Positions 42,537-58,290 are shown, counted from the stretch's first letter. The stretch: 64,000 bases of DNA from Octopus vulgaris (GCA_951406725.2 OX597815.1:12152001-12216000); one strand, 5' to 3'. Translations and numbers: made by a program. The notes: generated from the letters alone by a model not told the origin.

Positions 42537-43059
42537 TTTGGGTGTGTCAAAGCATTTTTTTACCTCTTGAGACGGTATGGTCAGTAGTTCTGGCCAGCTG
42601 TGTGTGTGTATGCTGTTTTGTCTGTGAGTGTGTGTGTGTTGTTTTCGGAAATATGTTTCGTATATGTTTCTATGTTGTGGTGGGGTTTTAGGGAATGCTT
42701 TGTGTGTGTGTGTGTTATTATGGTGTGTGCTTGTGCGTGAAACCCTTATCTATTGATTAATAATGGGCGTTTAAAGATTTTGTTGTGGTTTAAATTTGTT
42801 AAAGAGTTTGGTATGTTTGCTATTTGTAGTTTGTGTGTGTATATAGTTTTAGTGGTGTATATACGTGTATGTATGGGTGTGAATGTGTATATGTTTTCTT
42901 TTGAGATTTGAAAACATGTTCTCGAATATGTAGTGCGGGTTTGTGTGTAATTTTGCTTTTATGGGAATGTTTCGGCGTGTGTTTGTGTTATTTGTGTCCC
43001 TACATACTTGTGTGTGGTATGTATATAAATGTGTGTATATATATATATATATAAATCTT

Positions 43060-43117
<58 letters not shown>

Positions 43118-43147
43118 AGGCCAACAGACGCCGCTATATATGTTATA

Positions 43148-43318
43148 TGTATAAAAATACAAACTGGGACAAGAACGTAAAACAAGATTAATCAGCCGAA
43201 ACTGCTAGGATGATCCGGTTCTTGACTGAAGATTGAAGGCTTCGAATGTCTCGTCCGTGTTTTTTGTATCGTCTTCTAAATGTTTTACGTTCTTGTCCCA
43301 GTTTGTATTTTTCTACAT
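43148..43318 (+). mobile_element. Family Q fragment with inverted terminal duplication
   Basis: AAAAATACAAACTGGGACAAGAACGTAAAACA (about 43153-43184) versus its exact reverse complement at 43281-43312. Confidence 0.8.
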
Positions 43319-43324
43319 ATAATA

Positions 43325-43399
<75 letters not shown>

Positions 43400-44989
43400 G
43401 TATGTATGTCTATGCGTATACTTATGTTACATACTATGAAATTGAAATGTATGATTGATGAGATGTTGCGAATTAACCTCTGTTCTTTACACAGAATAAC
43501 ATAAAGTTCATTGGTTTTTTTATGGACACGTGCTTGGAATGATAAATCCGTATCAGGAGATGGTTAGTGAAAGCACTCTATGTGTTTAAACAGGAATGGA
43601 TATAAATGACAATTGGCGTGCCAGCTACATCTTTACCCGAGTCGGGGATAGTGCTAAATGGCTTCTGTACTCCACAGTGATTTACATAATTTAGCATCTC
43701 TCTGAAAATCTTGTTCACACGATACAGTGACAAATCAGTCAAAGCAGACAGTAGATGAAATCCCTCCACATTAAGAAGGGTAAAGAAGGTTGGATATAAC
43801 CATAGTTAATCACCAGTGGTTGATGTTTGGTGTCCATATACTTAGTGGGTTCACAGGGTCATTGTATTAAGGATATATAGGGCAGAAATATGTGTGCAGC
43901 CTGCATTGTGTAGCGCAATCTAGTGCGGTATATCAGGAAGAGAATATTCGGAGTCATTTGTTTGAAATGCATCAAAAGCATTTTTATCCCTTCTTAACAA
44001 TGCGAAATACATGCATAATTCAAGCTGTAAGATTAGTATCGTATTTTTCAGGAACAAGGACGGTATCAAATGGAATATACGCAAAAGATGAGCTTTGTCA
44101 AGGACATACCATTTAATGTTGGTTAAGATCTCCCGGAATCTCTATTCGAAACAGAATTTTGAGTTAGAGGTTTCCTTTCTCCATATATCTCAAAGAGTGC
44201 ATATATGTTTCTGCGATTATCTCATCTTGCAATTATTGGCTACAATGCCTATGTAATGTCTCTTAACAAAACCCGTTAGTGTGATTGTCGCTCTACAGGC
44301 TTTAGCTTTCGTGAGGCAAAATGCTTTCAGCGAACAGTTGATACGATTTCGGCACTTGCTGGTGAGAGAAGAATGTGGGCTAGAGATGGTATGGATGCTT
44401 GTTTGATTCTAATAGAGCTTGTGATTTGGGAAGCCATGTTATATACACATAAATAGCTAACCATAACGTTATGGGCATTAAACAGCTTATATCTATGGGT
44501 TCGAGAGAAATGCTGCCAAATTAATGTCAGGCCGCTCTTTTTGCATCGATCACTCAGCGAGATTAATATCAAGCTGTCTTTAAAACCTAGAATGCTTTCA
44601 TGAATTATCTGTTGTTGGTTAGTGTTCCCTATACCAACGTGATACGAAATGAACAATGTCGGCCAAATTCTATTTGGAAATGAAAGTAAAAAAAAAAAAA
44701 ATTCTACTTTGCTTCCAAGTGTTTAAAAAAATGAATGTGGATTCACATCTACACAACTTTGAAAATAACATGAGGAACTTAGTCGAAAACCATAAACCTC
44801 GCTCTATATGTTGCATGCTACTTTGCAACTTCCATCCTTTTCATCACTTACACACACACATACAAACTCATGCTCACACGAGCACACACACACACACACA
44901 CATACACCCACATACATATATATTTATATGCTTATATAGATCCATATATATGCATATACATACGCATACACACACACAGACATACATAT

Positions 44990-45290
44990 GACGGATCAGT
45001 CCGTCGGTTACGACAATGTGTTTTCCAGTCGATCCCATTAACAAAGCAGCTCACGAAATTAACGTGTAAGTGACTGAATACTCCAAAGACACGCCTACAC
45101 TTTACGCAGTTCTCAGGGAGATTCTGCGTAACACAGCGTGTGAAATGGCTTGCTCTTTGATTACAGGTACAACACATATTTGTCTGCTGAGTGAACGGGA
45201 GTAACGAAAAAAAAATGTCTTACTTAAAAATTCAAAACGCACCGCCCGGAATCGAACACATGACCTTACGATTTAGACGCCTTAGCCTTA
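44990..45290 (-). mobile_element. Diverged SINE family B copy
   Basis: CCGTCGGTTACGACAATG...GAAATTAAC.TGTAAGTG.CTGA shared with 4560-4740. Confidence 0.75.
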
Positions 45291-45354
45291 GACAATAAGA
45301 CACACCACACTCAGCCCCCGCGCGCGCACACAGATTCACAGATATATATGTATA

Positions 45355-45620
45355 TATATATTATTTATAATCTGTTCTGTCTGTTTGTGTGTCTTCTAGG
45401 TCCTCAGGTATCCTCCATCCGATTGCGCTCAAATTTGATATGTAGATACCGACGGTATCAGGGCGTGTATAAGTCTTGCAAAAATTACAAAAATCGTTTC
45501 CAGGTGAGAATGTGATCAATAAAGCCATGGGAACGTGCATTTTTACGCGCAAGTACATCAGCTGTCGCGATCGATACTATGCGTACGCGAGAAAAATGCA
45601 CGTGCAGTTTGCGCAAAGAG
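45355..45620 (+). mobile_element. Possible Helitron-like 5' fragment
   Basis: TTTATAATCTGTTCTGTCTGTTTGTGTGT...CCGATTGCGCTCAAATTTGATATG resembles the start of the 40430 element; no 3' end found. Confidence 0.45.
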
Positions 45621-46206
45621 AGCCGGCTGGATTGAAATAATGCCACAAAATGCAGTATAATTAAGAGACCAAAAAAGTAAGATGCAAAAGAGATATTTTC
45701 CTCAAACTTGGCATGAAGGAAGGAAAGACTATTTGCTTCTCAAGAATTTTTTTTTCGCCTTAACTTCGTTTAACAAAACCAAAAATATTATTGAAATAAA
45801 GGCATACTTAATTATTTCTAATGAAAAGAAAATACTAATTGCTTTTTATTCAAGAGATATGAAGCAGCACAGTCCATTGGACGGGGCGCTTTTTTTGCTC
45901 GTTTAATGCATAAAACGTTCAATATATGCTGGATATCTTGTTCAGGAAAACGTAATGCCCGTGAGATTTTAAACATATCTATATTCGTATAAAATGTGGT
46001 TATTTTAATTGCTCCTATTATGTAAAATAATAACTAAGCGCACTTTAAACGGATTTCTGAAATTATAATAAACATTAAATGCTTTCTATTAGTTGCTCAG
46101 CCCGCGGTAAGATGTATGTAGGTGGTGAAAATGAAACTGCCTCTCAGCTTGCTCTTCATAAATCTACGTTGTTACTACACGTAAAAATGGAAGCTCGTAA
46201 TCGCCG

Positions 46207-46263
<57 letters not shown>

Positions 46264-46305
46264 TACCACTAAGTATCTGTACATCATTCATATCTCTTCA
46301 CTTGT

Positions 46306-46349
<44 letters not shown>

Positions 46350-46368
46350 TGTGTGCTATCTGTGTATC

Positions 46369-46424
46369 TTCCACTGATAAGGCAGAGCATTCCTTATGCA
46401 GAGTCAGAAATCCGGGATCTGGAA
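46369..46424 (+). ncRNA. Type I HHR motif (family H5), G8>A
   Basis: TTCCA-CTGATAA-GGC..GCAT/ATGC..GTC-A-GAAA-TCCgGGA-TC-TGGAA; lies in an island of about 100 bp between two (TA)n tracts. Confidence 0.65.
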
Positions 46425-46445
46425 TTATCCAGTAAGTTTTGGCTA

Positions 46446-46525
<80 letters not shown>

Positions 46526-46578
46526 TTAATTGTTGAATAGAAAACTTGTATCTTCTCTCTCTCTCTTGAATAGAAAAC

Positions 46579-46629
<51 letters not shown>

Positions 46630-47642
46630 TATATTTTACAATTAAACTATTGTGTTCTAATCAATTGCAGAACAATTTCGCCATTTCATTCAGCTTAAGT
46701 TTTAAAATCGCTCGGTAATTCCACAGCTTTTCCAACTAATGAGATTATTAAGTTGAGAAATAACTCAATGAATCGCGTCCAGAATTACTTAACTGCAGTA
46801 AATATATTACCTTTTGAATTGACATGGGATTCTCGGAAAGTGATTGACCTATTTAGCGAAAATAATTTTATACCAGACTTAACATCTTCTAGCATCATCG
46901 CCTATATTTCGCAGTATATTTGGAAATCATTTGACAAACACGATAATAATAGCCACATGTGTCAATTTAGTTAAAGTCAATTATTTTAAGTGATATGAAA
47001 AGCATAGAGCATTTGTCACATGTCTGCTTCAGTAGACGCTTCATATCGATCAGCACTAATATCTAGCTAAACCTAAATAATAACCATATTCAAAGTTTGA
47101 TTGCCGTTATATTAGCAAATTCTTCCGGATAAATATCAAAAAGAAACCTTGACGTATGAAAATATTAACCTCCTTCAGTTATTATCTACTTTCAAACCGT
47201 TGGCAGCAATGGTGCAAAGACCGAAAGAAATCGCTGTTAAATTCGTGTAATTCCTATTTGTTTTGCAGAAATACGAATTTGTAAGTTAATATATATAAAT
47301 AAATATGTGGATGAATAAATAAATATATATCGATCGATAGTTATGGTGACAGAAGATTAGACATACGGAGTATATATGAATGTGAAAATGGAAATAAGCA
47401 AGCCATACACCCCGGAACGCTGCAAGAAGTTTGGGTGTGGCAGGTTTAGCAATTTAGTCTATTAACGAGAGTTAGTATGATTCTTCAATATAGCGAAATC
47501 AATAACAGAGAAACATGATAGAACTGTAATCACTCTAATTGTACAACTCAATAGTTGGTGATATAATATAATGATACTTTTGTTCACTGAAATCACTATT
47601 ACGAATTTTGGGCTGATCAACACTTGATCAAAACATGATATG

Positions 47643-47742
<100 letters not shown>

Positions 47743-47798
47743 TATGTATTTATATGTTTATATACATATATACCTGTTTGTATGTATATGTGTATATG

Positions 47799-47839
<41 letters not shown>

Positions 47840-47842
47840 GTT

Positions 47843-47873
<31 letters not shown>

Positions 47874-48087
47874 GTATATATATAAATGAATAAATAAATA
47901 TATATATATGTATGTGTGTGTGTGTGAATATATATACACACACAGATATATATGCATGCATATAGATACAATATGTGTGTTTAAGTGAGCATGTGTCTGT
48001 GTTTCTTATGTTACAAGAGAGAAAGAAAGAGAGACAGAGAGTGAGGGAGAGATAGTGTGTGAGAGAGAGAGGGATATAGATAGATAA

Positions 48088-48128
<41 letters not shown>

Positions 48129-48153
48129 TAGATAGATAGATAGATAGATATAT

Positions 48154-48218
<65 letters not shown>

Positions 48219-48899
48219 AGATTGAAAAAAATCTTTCAACATCAAGATTATCAACAATAGTAAGAGGACGGAATAAAATGCGACACGAGGAACAAAAGTA
48301 ACACGGAATAATCAAAAGGAAATGAGTTCATATATATGAATGACAATCAATGGTAATTTTCTTATGGCTTCTACAGACAATAGTTCATAGTAAAACATCT
48401 ATTACAGACATTGAAGATGATGTTCACGCCTCCATCCTTACCACTCAATCTCTCAAACAAGCACAATGCATTACACAATGTCTCCAGTGCTTCACCGACA
48501 TCGAAACACTATTCAAATTACAACAATTGATCTGCGTGTGTATCATTCTATCTTCTTTTTCGTCTGATTTTCTCTCTCATGTCTTGCTCTGTGTTGTATA
48601 TAATTTCCTTTAATATAAATGCAAGGATATTCACTAAAGTTACCCTAGGAAGTACGAATACCGATATTAGAATATACATAAACTGATAACTAATTCAGCT
48701 GGCAGTTAGAATAATAAACACACACACATACACACACACTATATGTATATATGTGCGTGTGTGCGTGCGTGTGTGTGTGTATGTATATATATATATAAAT
48801 ATATATATATATATTTATATATACATATATCATATATATATACATATGCATATACATATATGTATACGTGTGCCTATTTGTGTAAATGTATGAATATAA

Positions 48900-49033
<134 letters not shown>

Positions 49034-49706
49034 TCACACACACATCAAAGCGTGTCAGTGTATAATGTCTGGATACAGTATGATGAAGAGAGCATGACTA
49101 AAGACTGAGTCAGGTAGGTTTCAGCGAGCAAGAGATGACAAGTGTCTTGCCCAATATTTAAGCGAAAATCGCCGAAATAATCATCAATACATAAGATGAG
49201 CAAAATCTTTTAGACAAACCTTTTATAGATGGATCTATCTATCTACCTGTCTATCTTTAAGCTACTAATTTAATATAATGTTCGGTCATCCTTCGATCGC
49301 TGAGGAAAAATAACAACTTGTGTGAGATTTGTTAAGACTTCATGTACATTAGAGATTTATTCCGATCCAAGACGATAGTATTTACATTCAATAGAACATA
49401 ATGGGAATTTGAATAGGGAAATGTTTTTGTCTTGATGCATTCCACGACTGGTGAAAGAGGATTTAAGAAAATACAATCAACGTGAAGTTGTCTTGTAGCA
49501 GGAACAGAAATAGAGAAACCGTAGCTAGCTGCAGCCAGTGTGTGAGAGAAAGACGATGTTACCTGTCTCTGCACGTCTTTTATAGCTATGTAAAGAGAGC
49601 CACCTAGTTGCTAACGATGTTACAAGGAAGATAACTATAGATGACTCTCATTATACCATGACGGCATTGGATTTAAATAAGGTTGCCTACATATCTATCA
49701 ACCAGT

Positions 49707-50049
<343 letters not shown>

Positions 50050-52603
50050 CATATAAATACATTCGATAGATAGACACAAATAATTTCCAACACTTTCCAC
50101 ACGAATCAGACCTCATGTCTACTGTGCTCATCTCTATATCGTTGCAGCATATCAGCTCGCATGTACACATATATTTATATATAAGGATTTCCTTACATAT
50201 TACAGTTTCAGTAAAGTATATTTCAATTTTACATTGTCAATAGAATTATTTTCTGTAGGATAAATATCGATAGAATTTTTGGTAGACAGTGATATTAGTG
50301 AAAAAGTTTCTTTGCTGAAGTCACAAAAAATGGAAAAATGCCGAAAACATTCTTAGTAATTTTTCTATCGGTGTTATTCCAACGAGTTTTCTTTAGAATA
50401 AATACTAGTAGAAAGGAAAGAAACAATATGGATGAACGGGATTTAGGTGAAAAAGCAAACGGCAGGGATGTAAAATACGAAGTTTGTAAGGCTGAACAAC
50501 CATGAAGTATTAGTGGTGCTATGTATAGAAGAACGAAGTGAAACGACAATGATGCCTCAATGCGTGAGATTTACGAAACTAATGAGTGTTTTTAAATTCT
50601 GAATGTTATCTACAATGTGAAATGCGGTAAAGTAGAGGCAACGTACGAAAGACAGAAATGGTAAGTTTAAGAAAGTAAAAGGGGTAAAAAGTGAAGTAAG
50701 AGAAAGTATAAAAAATGTTGTTAAATATATTCCTTAAATGAAAGATGAACTAAGGGAGAGAGATCTATGTACAATAACAAACGAAATACAATAGGTTTAA
50801 CAATGAATATTATATTAACATTAATAGGATTAGAAATATCAAAACCTAAATATAAAAAGTTTAATTCAAATATTTTATCTAATTTAGCATAGCGTTTAAA
50901 AGAAACCCGGGGTGAAACAGGCAGTAAATGTAATAAAAATATATAAAGAAAAAAGGGCACTTGCTATTTACGTTAAATAATTAAATATTATAGTCATACA
51001 TGAATGTGAATATATATTGATCAATGAATAAATGTATTTACTTGCAAAATCGACAAGTATTAGATTGTAATTCTTAATGCATTTTATATTTTCTGTTTTA
51101 ATATAATCAATATAGTTAACATAATTCTTATATGCATTCCAAACACATGTAATATGGGCAAATGAATACATTGTGCATATTTGAAAAAAAATCAAGAATC
51201 TAAAAAGAGGAAAGCAATGATTAATAAATGGGATTTAAAGGAATTAAATTTAATGGGGTGCAAATTAGATAAATATAAGATAACTTATTCTTAATATGTT
51301 CAAGGCGGATGGTAAAATAGGAAGCATCACTTAAAGTGAAATATCACTGAATACAGGAACAAAGCAAAGAAATTTATAACAGAAAATTCATGATTTGTAA
51401 GAAAATTCCACAGGGGTAATTGCGGTTTGTTCGTAAAACATTACATAATTGAATGCAGTAATTTCAAAGTAATTGAAAACGAAAATAAAATGCATACAAA
51501 ATTAAAGGCTAAAATTTTTAAACAGATATGAATAATACATATAACTTACAACACACTGATTCATTGATATATGGTGTATATTTTTCCACGATTCTCTTTA
51601 AGATTGTATGTGGTGCGCAGTTGGTCGTCAGATCGCATAAATGGCTAAGAAACTTAGTAGCTTTATTTTTATCACTCTTTCTGATAGGGATTTGCATAAA
51701 GGCATTTACAAATTACCTTTGCATAAGCGCAAGTTGTGCGTAGCTGCAAATTCGCACATTCTTTCTAGATCTGTATTTCTTAATCACACCACATAAGATG
51801 AGGTTTTCCTGGAATCATATCTTGGAGATGATTTAGCACTGTTTTCAGGAATCCGGGCATAATAGCATGATAAGTTGTGTGGGTATGCTTAATTAGATGT
51901 TTTACCCCTGGGTCGACAGTAACATTAGATATCAATGGCATTGATATATGATTTATTCGTTTATGTGTAGTGACATTAAATATAAACGTATCGGAACAAA
52001 ATTCATCATTCTTTTCGTTCGAATGTTGGATGTCTCTCTGTTGGGTTACTCCAAAACACCCAAGAAGATATTCTACAATAATTAAGCTGTGATGTAAGAC
52101 AACGAAGTGTGGAATGAATAAAGTAGCTGCAACACGAATTTTGGTTTTCTTAACAATGATCCCGATTAGATAGTCTGCAATAGTTATATCAATGTAACTA
52201 TAGTATCGTGTACCACTGAAAATTTGTTATAACCTGTCCGACAGTGGCTTGTACTTTTAATTAAAAAAAACTATCCTTATTGATTCTTGCTTGGGCTGGA
52301 GTATTACCTGCCCATATATAATTAGAAAGAGATTTTAAAAGTTTTTAGATATTAAAAAATATTCTATTATTCAACAAGATGTCACTAACATTTGTGGAAG
52401 AATTTTGTATATACAATGACATAACACATTTATACGACAGGTGAATATGTTGAACCTGTTTCTCCAATGTATTTTCATTGCATTGTGAATATGTGATGCA
52501 GTAAATGAGAGTTTGTGTTTTGCAATTAATGTCTGCAAATTTATAGAAACTTTGTTGAAATTAAAACGCACTACAAAAAATAAAGATGCGACTTCTGTTA
52601 CAC

Positions 52604-52912
52604 CAGAGGTTCTGGAAAATTTTGACCACATGAAACCCCCAGCGCCCCCACCCTATTTTTTTGTATAGATACATATTCTATATTTTACTAATTTATATAT
52701 ACTATGAATAATTTGATATTTAATATAATATATAATTTATATACAATACTATAATAATATTATAAATACATAGCGCGCCCAAATCCACTGACTTCCTCCC
52801 AGTGCCACCTGTTTCTCTATCCTCGCCCCACCCTCTTCGGCACCAGCGGCCACCTGGACTCTCTCAACACCCACCGGAGGTAGAGCGGTGGCGCCAACTT
52901 TGAGAACCTTTG
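52604..52912. mobile_element. hAT (Charlie-like) MITE
   Basis: Termini CAGAGGTTCT / AGAACCTTTG; 8-bp TSD TGTTACAC / TGTTAGAC (7 of 8). Confidence 0.8.
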
Positions 52913-53253
52913 TGTTAGACCAACAACTGATCTTACCTAGACTCAGGATATTTTATTTAAAGAATGGAATGAAATGCATTTGGAAAACGAAGCCTTCCAG
53001 AAAGTAACCAGATATGAAATAGTCTACTGAATCAAAGAAGACAAACAAACTGGAATGTAATTAGTAACGAAATAGTCACAAGCACATAGATAAAATAAAT
53101 AAACCGAGAACCACTTAGTTTCACATGAAAATTCCGTCTCATGGTCATCAATTTTCAATCAAATGAGGAAAAGGAAAATCTGAAGAAATCTCGCACTTTA
53201 AAACATCGAAGTGGAGATTAGAAAAGACCATCCTTGAATAGGTAATTGAACAG

Positions 53254-53828
<575 letters not shown>

Positions 53829-54344
53829 GGTGTGTTTGTCATTGTTTTGAAGGCTGACCATTCACGCCACAGGACAAGTTCCGGCCAAATCGAAAGACAT
53901 AAAGGTAAATAGAGAGAGGGAGAGGGAGAGATTGAAAGGACTAGATGGTCATAAGGCCATCGTCATTATTATTACCATAGTTAAATTGTGAAATTGGACA
54001 AAACACTCATGCTGTCTCAATTAAGATCTGTGTGACAGGTAATCAAACTGAAACTCTCCTTTACACACACACACACATACACACACACACACACACGCGC
54101 GCGCGCACGCACAGGCACACACACACACACAGACATATATATATATATATATATATATATAGGTTATAAGAGGTAATGGTGTCATTGAGACCCTAAGGTG
54201 TCAGGTAATGCTGAATAAGTGCTTTAAACAGATCATAGTTAAGTTCCAGATTCGGCAATTTTGCCAAGAAGGGGTTCAACGTTGGTCATGTCAGCGTTTG
54301 TATATAAGATTTTTTTGCGTAATGAGATAAAAAACCCAAGGCTA

Positions 54345-54712
54345 TGTAGATAGAACATTTCTAGGTAGAAGGTCTTACAGCTGTTTCAAGGATAATTATA
54401 AATTATATACCCTCATCATAGACGGTATGGGAGGAAGGTTAAGTGATAGTTAATTTAGATAAGATACGAAATAGAGAGTAAGGTGGAGGAAACAAAATAG
54501 ATGTGAAATATGTAGGCATATTGGATTTTCCCCTACAAATCTCACATCTATATCCTTTCCTCCATCTCACTCCCTATTGTATATCCTATTTTGGTTAAGT
54601 AACTATTACTTAACCATTGTCTCACACCGTCTCCGATGAAGGGATATAATTACTAAATATCCTGGAAGCTTCTGTAAGACCTATGACCTATCTATAAATG
54701 TTCTAGTATCTC
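54345..54712. mobile_element. Head-to-head inverted pair of HHR family H6 fragments
   Basis: 54345-54515 versus 54531-54712 inverted; HHR motifs at 54372-54423 (-; ATGATGA..GAAACAGCTGTA-AGAC) and 54629-54680 (+; GTCT-CCGATGAA..GGAAGC..TGTA-AGAC). Confidence 0.75.
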
Positions 54713-54747
54713 ATCAACATTTTTATATATATATATATATATATATA

Positions 54748-55020
54748 TTGTTATGAAAGGGGTCAATTAATTAATTATTAATAAATTGACCAAGCAGTAT
54801 TCGTATTAAAGACCATTTACGGTATATTTGATATTAATTTATAAAAATATGGTAAAGTAAAGAATTCATTACCACAAGCTTTAGAAATAGCAGCCAAAAT
54901 TTGGCTATTTCTTCAACTGCAAATAAAGTATCAGACAATGCATACTCAGAAAAATAACTCACATAGGAATAAGGAAAACAATCACATACAGTCTGTTTCT
55001 GGATTTGGTAAAACGCCACT
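54748..55020 (-). mobile_element. Circularly permuted copy of HHR family H1
   Basis: Minus strand matches 1617-1853 and then continues directly into 1290-1382. Confidence 0.8.
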
Positions 55021-55037
55021 TACGTCAAAATTTCTTA

Positions 55038-55084
<47 letters not shown>

Positions 55085-55109
55085 TTTATAAATTAATACT
55101 TTTTATAAA

Positions 55110-55147
<38 letters not shown>

Positions 55148-55639
55148 GTAAATACATGCACACGCACACATATACATAGACCTTTATACAAGAACAAAAC
55201 TTTTGCGTTCGTAAAGAATATTTTTCTTTTGTAGGGATATGTTATGTAGGCGCCAGTTTTGCACTATTATCGATTGTTGACTCTGAGTATTATTCGCGAG
55301 TTTATGCCCTAATGTTCATGGTTGGTTTGTTTTACCATTTCAGCATTTTCCCTTCCAAAAGTGCAATTGTCTCTATGGCGACTTCATTCTTTCCGATAAA
55401 GGCGAAATGATTAATAGTTTAAAGAAATATACATAGAATAATCTGTTTTTAAGCACAGGTTCTTATCTGTTTTTAATCAATAGGTTCTTACGTTTTCGCC
55501 TACGTTACATTTCGGCCAATTGTTAGTGTCCATATTTGCACCTTTAAAGAGCATTATGATGTTGCTATTTTTTCGCTTCTCTCGAATGGAGAATATGTCC
55601 GATTGTCGAAAACATAGCAGTCACTATGCTTTGTCTCGG

Positions 55640-55745
55640 TTCTCTGTTTGCTTTTTTTGTTGTTCGAAAAAGAATTTCGTTTTCAATGTTTTTGTTTTTA
55701 TGCTTTCGTTTCTCATTGTGTCTACATTTTTTCATGCCCTGTAGC
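55640..55745 (+). mobile_element. Family P 3' fragment
   Basis: TTTTGTTTTTATGCTTTCGTTTCTCATTGTG shared with 58230 and, inverted, with 8645. Confidence 0.6.
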
Positions 55746-55858
55746 AAAATATGCATGCATATATACGTATATGTATATATACAGGTATACACACATATGT
55801 ATGTATATACGCATATATTTATATATAATTTATATATATACACACACACACACACACA

Positions 55859-55894
<36 letters not shown>

Positions 55895-55904
55895 TCATAT
55901 AATC

Positions 55905-56317
55905 GGCGGCGAGCTGGCAGACACGTTGGCCCGCCGAGCGAAATGCTTAGTGGTATTTCGTCTGCGTTACGTTGTGAGTTCAAATTCCGCCGAGGTCGAC
56001 TTTGCCTTTCATCCTTTCGGGGTCGATAAATTAAGTACCAGTAACGCACTGGGGTCGATGTAATCGACTTAATACCTATGTCTGTCCTTGTTTGTCCCCT
56101 CTGTGTTTAGCCCCTTGTGGGTAATAAAGAAACAGGTATTTCGTCTGTCGTTACGTTCTAAGTTCAAATTCCGCCGAGGTCGACTTTCCTTTTCATCCTT
56201 TCGGGGTCGGTAAATAAAGTACCAGTTTCGCACTGGGGTCGATGCAATCGACGTAATCCCTTTGTTTGTCCTCGTTTATTCCCTTTGTGTTTAGCCCCTT
56301 GTGGGCAATTAAGAAAT
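55905..56317 (+). mobile_element. Dimeric SINE family M
   Basis: GGCGGCGAGCTGGCAGA head, GAGTTCAAATTCC B box, two Meta-like domains. Confidence 0.9.
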
Positions 56318-57587
56318 GTATATATATATTGATATACGTGTGAGTGTAGAATTAAAATAATAATTGAATGGGGTATATATTTTAAATGAGTTAAAATATG
56401 GGAATTCAATAAGCAAGCTGGAATGTTTAAGGATAATAAAGACGAGAAACGAGGGGCAAAGGCGAAGCTACGGTACATGGACATTCCAGAAAAGAAGGTT
56501 TTTCTTTCCTAAAAGACAATTTTATGGACATAAATATTCGTTGACGATTAATACCAGTGGGTAATAAATTAAAGACAAGTGCAAGTAAAGGGAATGTTTG
56601 CAAAAAGCAAACTCATAAAGGTAAACGCAATGATTTAAATGGAGTTAGAAATCTCCATAAATTTGAAGATTAAAAATAAAGAAAGAAGACAACAGAACCC
56701 GAGTGAAATCGCATAATAAATCTACGTTTGGTGAAAATAATATATAGGGTAGCGATAAAGGCAAGAATTGTTTTTATATTCACATTTTAAATTTGCGAGA
56801 AACATTTTAAAGTAGATATACCGTTTCAAATTTATGGTTCGATTTCAATAACGGCTTGATAAAAATCAGAGAATCGTTTTGGATTGAGCAAGCTAAAAAT
56901 AAAAGAGGTTATAATGGAAGTAATATCTAAAAGACTTCCAAAAAGGCACTCACTTAATATTAATATTCAGAGATGTAGCTAAAAATTAGAAGGAGCGAGG
57001 ACATTATCTGTGTGGTGTGTAAATAAGTCTATCTTTCAAATACAAAATGAATGTATAGTTTTTAGAAGATGTAGAACTTAAAATTGCATACGAATATAAT
57101 GTGTTGTTAGGAGGTAGAATGTGCAAAATGTAAAGCAAATTATTTTCCTATTGATGCGCGTGACAGGGATTGTTGTTCTCGAACATTTTCAGCTCTGCAG
57201 AGATATTTATTATAGTGAGGTCAGTTAACTATTCATTAGATGTAAGAGCGATATATTAAGGTATTTTGATGGTGATCTTAGAATTTTCTAGAAATTTTCT
57301 ATAGTGTAGGTGAAAATATTGAGTAACATGAATGGCAAAACAGATCTTGCACGTGATGTTTCTTTCTCTTTTATGCATGGACAGCCGACAACAGATGACG
57401 AGTCGTTTCTTAAATTACTTGAATTGTTTTCCATTTGTGTCACTCGTTGTTCGCATATAAAATTTTGTCTTCGTATTTCATGTTGTTTAGGTATTGTTCC
57501 ATCCTGTACATACACACACACATATACATATACATATATATAAATATGCATATATATATACATATATTATTATTATTATATATCTAT

Positions 57588-57753
57588 AGGCGCAGAAGTG
57601 GCTGTGTGGTAAGTAGCTTGTCTACCAACCACATGGTTCCGGGTTCAGTCTCACTGCGTGGACCCTTGGGTAAGTGTCTTCTACTATAGCCTCGGGCCGA
57701 TCAAAGCCTTGTGAGTGGATTTGGTTGACGGAAACTGAAAGAAGCCCGTCGTA

Positions 57754-57811
<58 letters not shown>

Positions 57812-58028
57812 TGTGTGTGTTTGTGTGTCAGTGTTTGTCCTCTAGCATTGCTTGACAATCGATGCTGGTGTGTTTATGTCCCCGTTACTTAGCGGTTCGG
57901 CAAAAGAGACCGATAGAATAAGTACTGGGCTTACAAAAGATTAAGTCCCGGGGTCGAGTTGCTCGATTGAAGGCGGTGCTCCAGCATGGCCGCAGTCAAA
58001 TGACTGAAACAAGTAAAAGAGTAAAAGA

Positions 58029-58030
<2 letters not shown>
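57588..58030 (+). mobile_element. Full-length SINE family A
   Basis: Same as 12086. Confidence 0.9.
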
Positions 58031-58091
<61 letters not shown>

Positions 58092-58104
58092 TATGATCCA
58101 TTTC

Positions 58105-58290
58105 CAAGTCGAAACGCGGAGTAGATGAAACAGGGACAACTGATGAAGGGGAATATTTTTTTATGTTACATGTCTCGTTTCTCTGTTGTTTTTTTTTTTC
58201 GTTCTTCGAAAAAAGTTTGTTTACCATGTTTTTGTTTTTATGTTTTCGTTTCTCAGTGTGCTCAACGTTTGTATGTAGTCCTGTACCCAT
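58105..58290 (+). mobile_element. Family P fragment
   Basis: GTCGAAACGCGGAGTAGATGAAACAGGGACAACTGATGAAGGGGAATATT matches reverse complement of 8735-8785. Confidence 0.65.

Noticed and set aside
43222-43256. CTGAAGA-TTGAAGGCTTC-GAATGTC in family Q as an HHR
   Set aside because: Stem II loop too small and GAAA incomplete in both copies
58108-58160. GAAACGCG followed by CTGATGAAGGGG as a type II HHR
   Set aside because: No UH cleavage site or convincing stems could be drawn; kept only as a repeat family
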